Assembly: GCA_044892525.1 (NCBI GenBank) | Contig: CM097886.1 | Coordinates: forward strand, 130,944,001 to 131,008,000 | From: Schmidtea polychroa | Taxonomy: Eukaryota | Direction: 5' to 3' | DNA length: 64,000 bases | Shown here: piece after piece, positions 59,401 to 64,000 of the stretch | Layout of the letters: each line of letters starts with the position of its first letter | Numbering within the stretch: position 1 is the stretch's first letter | Made by a program: the position numbers and the translations under genes | Notes under the pieces: model-generated | Database searches by the model: none | What the model was told of the DNA's origin: nothing | The model's input: only the letters and a program-made list of their open reading frames with translations

Positions 59401-62400
59401 GAAGATAACTGGGATTTACTCATAGCAAGACGAACTCCAGACATGCATGAGCTAATGAGCCGATTACGAGATACAGAATTGCTCAGGATGAGCGATTGGA
59501 GAACCATAAATTTGATCCACAAATATGGCAGGTTGAAAGAAACGCAACCGCAGAAATTAGAAATAACCATATGGTTACCAAACGAGGAGAAACGACGAAT
59601 AAAGATGAGTAATCAGAGTACGGTAGATGACTTAGTAACCAAGATAAACCAAGAGATAACGGAAAAAGTACGAAGCGAGAGTAGCGACGGGATGATAGAT
59701 GACGTAGTCATGATGTACGATAAAATAATATTACGGGCCGAAGACGACACCTCGCTAAGCGAAATGGGAATGTGGGATAATCATCAAATCATCAGAATAT
59801 TGCCCATGGACGAATTCCGAACAAGAGATATAACATACCAGAAAGAAATACGAGACAGGATGAAAACGCTATATCAAAAATCAGTAGAGATAATTGAAAT
59901 TCATCAACAGTGGTTAAAAGAAAAAGAGCTTCAAGGAAAAATAAAGAAACTAAGTGTGAGATCCTGCAGACGAACCCCATGGGAAAGGACGTGGAATGCG
60001 GAAAACAAAGAATGGAAAATCAGGAAAGGGATTTTCGTGGAAACAGACATTGGTGAGATAGAAAGTGAATCAGAAGAAGAGGAAGATGAACCTCCAAAAT
60101 ACGAAGAGGACGAAATAGAATCGACATCGGACGACGAAAGCGAAACGGATGTTACATCAGAAAGTGAACCGGAAACCAGACATATTCACGCGATGAGAAA
60201 GAAAGAGCGCGAATATGCCGATATGGATAGCGAAGAAGCGATGGAAGCTCGAGAACGAGAAGAGAAGGAAAGATATAAACAATTAGGTGATATCTTAGCA
60301 ACGGGAACAAAAAATCAAAAACGTCAAGTAATAGCATTGGCTAACATCATCCTAAAGACATCAGAGAATATCCACAATCTAAGAGAAATGGCGAAAGCGA
60401 TTGAGGAATACAGACAATATAACGAATGGTACCCAGAACAGCTAGAACAAATTATTAGGAAATGGAGAAACCAAGAATGGGCACAAGATACCCAGGAAAG
60501 GTATCGTATCCGAGTCAAGTATCCCGACAAAAGCATTGAGGATACAGAAGTACATCCAACAACAAAGATCAGAGAGTTAAAAAAGAAATTAGCATACGAA
60601 ACTCCGTTTCACCTACAACTATTCGGAAAATCGTTGGATGATAATGCAGATGTCGGAATAACACCCATGAGATTGGGGGAGATCAATGTATTGACAATGG
60701 CAGAAACATTGGGAAAACCGATTAAAAGGAAGAACAAATCCAGTAAACCTACGAAAGGTAGCTTGAGTACACCAAGCCCTAACAAAGTGGCAAGTAAAAC
60801 GAATGAAACCGAGGAAATCGAGGAAATTATATTGGAAGACAGCGATGAAGGAGCTGGAGAAAGATCACCAATTCTGGTAAGATGGCCGACGGGAGCCGAA
60901 ATATGGACAACAAGCCAACCGTCAACTAGCTATCAGCAGCCAAATAAGCTGAGTATCGAGGAGATTATCGATAATACAACAGAAACCGAAACCGACGAAC
61001 AATTCCAACGACAGAAAGGACCAACGAAAGCAACACCAGAAGGTCAAACGGACAAAATAATAGACGAATGGAACGAATGGCTAAGAAATAACGATAGTTC
61101 ATTGCCAAGAACGGATAACGAGAGAAACCCGAATTATGAAAATACAAGGGAAGCCGGAACAATGATGGAAAAACGGGCAAAAGGGAGACCCAAGAAGCAA
61201 GGAGAAAAACCGGAATTTAAAACTAGAGAACAACTGAAACAAGAACAAGGACAAGTCAGATTAGAGAAACTGGATAAAATAGTGTGGGATCTAAAAGAGG
61301 CCCAGCCAACTATCGAAAGAGGCGAAAAATGGATACGAGAGCTAGTGAAAGATATGCTAATAATAACGAACCCACAATTGCGACGGTTATGGCAACGAAA
61401 AGTAGCAAGCGTAGACGCCAGACAACTATGGAATACAATATCCGGAATAATTCCGAAATTAATCAAAGAGAAGACAAAAACCACTAAAACCGATTGGGAA
61501 GAGACAAGAAGAATAATTGAACAATTAACTTTAAACGCAAACGACGACGAACATCATTTAGTAGTATTAACGTATCTAATGTACAATTTGATGGGATTAG
61601 CAGCAAGGAAAATACCTAACAAACAATTCGCAAATCATGTAGAAATGACCGTCACAATCATTGAAAATACAATCGAACCACATATCATCCGCGCCGGTGG
61701 GTGGAAAAGACTCATACAAGCGCCACGAAAAAACGAGCAAGAGAGATCAATGCAAATTCGGTTGAAGAAGTTACTACATGAGCTAGAATGGGAATTGCCA
61801 TCGAAAGACCCAGCCAGCAGAAAAGCGTCGATTAATTCACTAATGATGACCATGATGATATGGATGCTCTGCACCAGTGGAGCCGCGGGATTTACTATTT
61901 ACGACTGTGACAATTCGATAATAGGAGAAAGATACTCCCTGAGAGATATAGAGGAATGTAGACAGGCGTCTCCGAATAAATTAGATATAGTAAAGAAGAA
62001 AGTCTCCTATCACGTATACCAAGAATCAGATTTCATTAGAACGCAAGCTAGAGAATGCGTAGTATCAAAGAAAGTGTTGGCATATTACTGTGGACAATAC
62101 TCATATTCAACCCTTATATTACCGGGATTAGATAAAGAAATAGTACCTATACAACGGGAAGACTGTAAAGAGCTTTTTAGAACCGGAGCAATGAGAATCA
62201 GGGATGGAGTAACAATACACGGACAAAGCGGAATGATCAAGACGGAAAGTATCTATGTCGCTGGACGAGTAAAATCAACTGATGGATCATGTAACGGAGG
62301 CACATATACGATCAGAGGAGAGGTGATATCGGGAGTAGTAGTAATTGAGTCCTACACAGTGGAGTTGAAGGAATACGAAGCACAATTCGACGCGAACAAC

Positions 62401-64000
62401 TATCAAATGAAAACCAACCCAGCATGCAGAGCTACGGAAAACGTGTGTAGAACGGGAATTTTGACTATAATATATGAAGCTAACACCCAAAAATGCCGAC
62501 TCCAATTGTTAAAAAGTGCTCTATTCAATGAAGTAAAAGGAGAAATTTACGAAAACGAGGATGACGATGAAGAGAATGGAAACGTAAGGATGCGAAATGG
62601 GAAACCAGTTCCGCCATCCCCCAAAGAAAAGAGACTCACAACCCAAAAAACACCAACGGCATTAATTACAGATGACCCAGATATCGGCATGAGATTCATT
62701 AGAGAAAAAGAGACCACCAAATGTGACAGCATAGTATACCGGACGAACTACGCAGGTATCTACATGTCCAGGCAAGTAATAGACCGAGCAGTGGGAAAGG
62801 TAGCAACAGAGGACGTAAAATTGTACCTGTACGCCAATAACAAAATGGACTTTTTATTTCACCGAGGACAAACGACAATGCAAAAAGTGTATTACGATCT
62901 TATACAAAATGACTGTTCATTGAATAAAGAGATACTAAAAACAAAATTAGCCATCGCAATAACACACCCAGATAACACAATGCCATCACTCCCGTTACCG
63001 GATGGACATTTTGGTAGAATGGTGGGAGAGGTAATGTATACATATGCATGTACCAAGACATTTGCGCGACTGCCAAGAAAGCCCACAATTCCACCAGGGA
63101 AATGTGCAAACGAGTTAGAAATTAGTTACAAAGGGCGAAACAGATTCGTTCAACCCGTCACTCGAATAATGAACCCAATTGGATTTTACCCGAACACCTT
63201 TAACTGTTCAAATGCATACGGACCGTTATATGAAAAACCCGATGGGAAATGGATAATGTTACCGGTAAAAACCGAAGTACAAGAACCTAAAAAGTTTGGA
63301 CTAATAGAACTCGCAACAGAACAAGATTTCAAACCAATTGATGTGTCAAAAGCAGGTATGTACTCACCGGAGGATTTAGAAACGGCACGATTAAACGTAT
63401 TATTCCCAGCAAGACGGGAATCCATTCTATCGAATATGGTTACCATAACTGGGGGAACGAATTTCCAGTCAGGCCCCAATTACGAACTATTATTGTCACC
63501 TGATCATTTTCAACAAGCCACGTCAAACATGATGAAAGCAATGTGGGGAAGATTTCTAGTGTTCGGTCAAATGATGGCAGGAATATTGGGAATCATCTTA
63601 ATTATTCAGATCGTCAGAGTAATATTAACTCAAATGTTAGCGTGTTTTGATATCTATAAGAGAGAAAAGAAGGTAAATTGGAAATTGATAGTAGGCTTTC
63701 TACCATTTTTGGCGAAAACAATGGTGTTGCACGGTCATTCTAAAGACATACACAGAATAAAACGATTGATCAAAATACTGACAAAAATAAAAGGAACTGA
63801 CGAGGAAGTCGGTAGACGATTTCGGAAAACGATGTATGATGAAGCAACAAGGACGCAACTGAAAAAGAACAAACCAAAATTCTTAGACAGATTTAGGAAT
63901 CGATCAAACAGCAGCGATAGTGATGATGACGACAACGGGAATGACAAATACCCATATCCAAGTAGAAACCCGAATGAAAAGCCAATAGAAACAGCACCAT
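56464..64000 (+). CDS. Giant retroelement polyprotein (open at the window end): Gag - accessory domains - chuvirus-like Env
   Basis: Frame 1 read codon by codon has no stop from 56464 to 63999 (2512 codons); first in-frame ATG is 57019. Gag capsid-like region ~57055-57530; three CX2CX4HX4C at 57769-57921; UBL-like ~59035-59250, ~59554-59810 and ~60499-60705; Bcl-2-like ~61260-61725; signal peptide ~61831-61890; glycoprotein from FTIYDCD at 61891; TM ~63553-63650. Confidence 0.9.
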   Translation, partial: MIRVSKGNTISYFHCRHPSNQVNSEPAQEESREYTNNPGKAIQNPHKGRQYQNRTRPIQQTLTVENPREKTEKSKRKITDKPNLRSSSKPGDVLFSGDELDQLKRGRSFRQQRGISQGAKRPHKTPIYDQENPTAGHTPSRSRSRESLSDITNNLTGSTEELSVHSLATSLENLKEIIEFQEPIKMNVVKTDEYKEKFRGEPFNGNANKLATFITNFEVYIDVCGWTPEAISKRMPLFLCDSALEVYLEAKERNTKLDNWENIKTFLRKTFGASKPINQALGELASRKQRANESITLYASELRRLAKKAMNGNLPEENLIGYFIEGLRREEVRASVGCQMCKTLEEAIDWATRCELHLPAQMNVMQEEGRIATATVKTENGDNNNHEPKMNQFIPGAHQIFKPPQGRSNGNNSERNNSNNGNNFNNRRNMNDNKQCRTCGKPGHWDRDCYRNANCNRCGRRGHTENICQSRGCFNCGQLGHISRDCRERSQQQRPPQRNNNYAPNPQRQSNPSEGKQMNVMQEISQMKQMMQQMMRPRQEQVPQPTQNIRMMRSTENLNNYEVQQHAQEWQRLQAEEERIKRERIQQRQEQPLRINMMRMVKEIKEQYCYNYGKNPRVVPMSEPEKPKETITAAKKENSTTPLKGNQRIQKIFWKKIKDKIEREKEQTKTEAEAENNENEKQINHLKHNMIRELDSEELTILENNKLKKVPRMRNLRINMMRTTKKVLSTDDDEDYVSSLGGEMLQLNENIDQLREKIGADEDERESDVTSESDVTSESEDENIEMKLRKEREEAIKQVKEILPVVVRNQEFIDIIPYRRFIQKIMKLERNEKDLIPNEEKVIIKKYMEKMKQAETTRYVIKIGTSKGLERIWIKNAVTDDLFDWIREHLGSSRKKEYLYQYQGEQIKPDMHLIDALIWPGETQILKLYKEKQPANIHEWAKDAKAEYDFSIKLKLEQIKQCTLRRNLDKLIKQIQEQVEDNWDLLIARRTPDMHELMSRLRDTELLRMSDWRTINLIHKYGRLKETQPQKLEITIWLPNEEKRRIKMSNQSTVDDLVTKINQEITEKVRSESSDGMIDDVVMMYDKIILRAEDDTSLSEMGMWDNHQIIRILPMDEFRTRDITYQKEIRDRMKTLYQKSVEIIEIHQQWLKEKELQGKIKKLSVRSCRRTPWERTWNAENKEWKIRKGIFVETDIGEIESESEEEEDEPPKYEEDEIESTSDDESETDVTSESEPETRHIHAMRKKEREYADMDSEEAMEAREREEKERYKQLGDILATGTKNQKRQVIALANIILKTSENIHNLREMAKAIEEYRQYNEWYPEQLEQIIRKWRNQEWAQDTQERYRIRVKYPDKSIEDTEVHPTTKIRELKKKLAYETPFHLQLFGKSLDDNADVGITPMRLGEINVLTMAETLGKPIKRKNKSSKPTKGSLSTPSPNKVASKTNETEEIEEIILEDSDEGAGERSPILVRWPTGAEIWTTSQPSTSYQQPNKLSIEEIIDNTTETETDEQFQRQKGPTKATPEGQTDKIIDEWNEWLRNNDSSLPRTDNERNPNYENTREAGTMMEKRAKGRPKKQGEKPEFKTREQLKQEQGQVRLEKLDKIVWDLKEAQPTIERGEKWIRELVKDMLIITNPQLRRLWQRKVASVDARQLWNTISGIIPKLIKEKTKTTKTDWEETRRIIEQLTLNANDDEHHLVVLTYLMYNLMGLAARKIPNKQFANHVEMTVTIIENTIEPHIIRAGGWKRLIQAPRKNEQERSMQIRLKKLLHELEWELPSKDPASRKASINSLMMTMMIWMLCTSGAAGFTIYDCDNSIIGERYSLRDIEECRQASPNKLDIVKKKVSYHVYQESDFIRTQARECVVSKKVLAYYCGQYSYSTLILPGLDKEIVPIQREDCKELFRTGAMRIRDGVTIHGQSGMIKTESIYVAGRVKSTDGSCNGGTYTIRGEVISGVVVIESYTVELKEYEAQFDANNYQMKTNPACRATENVCRTGILTIIYEANTQKCRLQLLKSALFNEVKGEIYENEDDDEENGNVRMRNGKPVPPSPKEKRLTTQKTPTALITDDPDIGMRFIREKETTKCDSIVYRTNYAGIYMSRQVIDRAVGKVATEDVKLYLYANNKMDFLFHRGQTTMQKVYYDLIQNDCSLNKEILKTKLAIAITHPDNTMPSLPLPDGHFGRMVGEVMYTYACTKTFARLPRKPTIPPGKCANELEISYKGRNRFVQPVTRIMNPIGFYPNTFNCSNAYGPLYEKPDGKWIMLPVKTEVQEPKKFGLIELATEQDFKPIDVSKAGMYSPEDLETARLNVLFPARRESILSNMVTITGGTNFQSGPNYELLLSPDHFQQATSNMMKAMWGRFLVFGQMMAGILGIILIIQIVRVILTQMLACFDIYKREKKVNWKLIVGFLPFLAKTMVLHGHSKDIHRIKRLIKILTKIKGTDEEVGRRFRKTMYDEATRTQLKKNKPKFLDRFRNRSNSSDSDDDDNGNDKYPYPSRNPNEKPIETAP

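Larger units (their letters stand above)
48700..64000 (+). mobile_element. 5' part of a giant LTR-type retroelement or endogenous virus (left boundary uncertain)
   Basis: Gag-Env polyprotein, accessory ORFs, tandem array and an abrupt compositional shift from the host sequence. No LTR pair or PBS could be demonstrated inside the window. Confidence 0.6.

Noticed and set aside
57685-63947. Many minus-strand ORFs in the track over the giant ORF
   Set aside because: They are antisense shadows of an A-rich coding strand, hydrophobic F/L/S-rich and without motifs.

Overview
AT-rich animal genomic DNA with short GT-AG introns and one N-gap (30708-31068). The composition and transposon content would fit a planarian flatworm, but that is inference only. 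Four host genes can be reconstructed: a STE11/MEKK-like kinase with a degraded catalytic loop (+, 4817-11877), ZRANB2 (-, 16779-18173), GCN5/PCAF (+, 22655-34631) and a SEC23IP/DDHD2-like phospholipase (-, 36883-48191). They are interleaved with many transposon relics: a piggyBac with a nested solo LTR, solo LTRs with 4-bp TSDs, hAT and piggyBac MITEs, a Tc1 remnant and two inverted Penelope-like elements carrying minimal hammerhead ribozymes. The main discovery is at the right end. A stop-free frame of at least 2512 codons (56464 to the window end, absent from the ORF track) encodes, in order: Ty3/Gypsy-type Gag with three CCHC knuckles, three ubiquitin-like segments, CARD/death-fold-like segments, a Bcl-2-like domain, an internal signal peptide and a complete chuvirus-like (class III) envelope glycoprotein. 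No protease, RT, RNase H or integrase lies before Env. Upstream are a stand-alone IAP-type RING ORF, a coiled-coil ORF, an 80-bp tandem array and a conserved ~115-nt block found three times in the window. The best reading is a giant enveloped retroelement or endogenous virus with a putative anti-apoptotic and ubiquitin-mimic toolkit. A diverged, decayed copy of the same glycoprotein sits in a kinase intron at ~5.8-6.7 kb. Domain calls are by eye and need HMM or structure confirmation.
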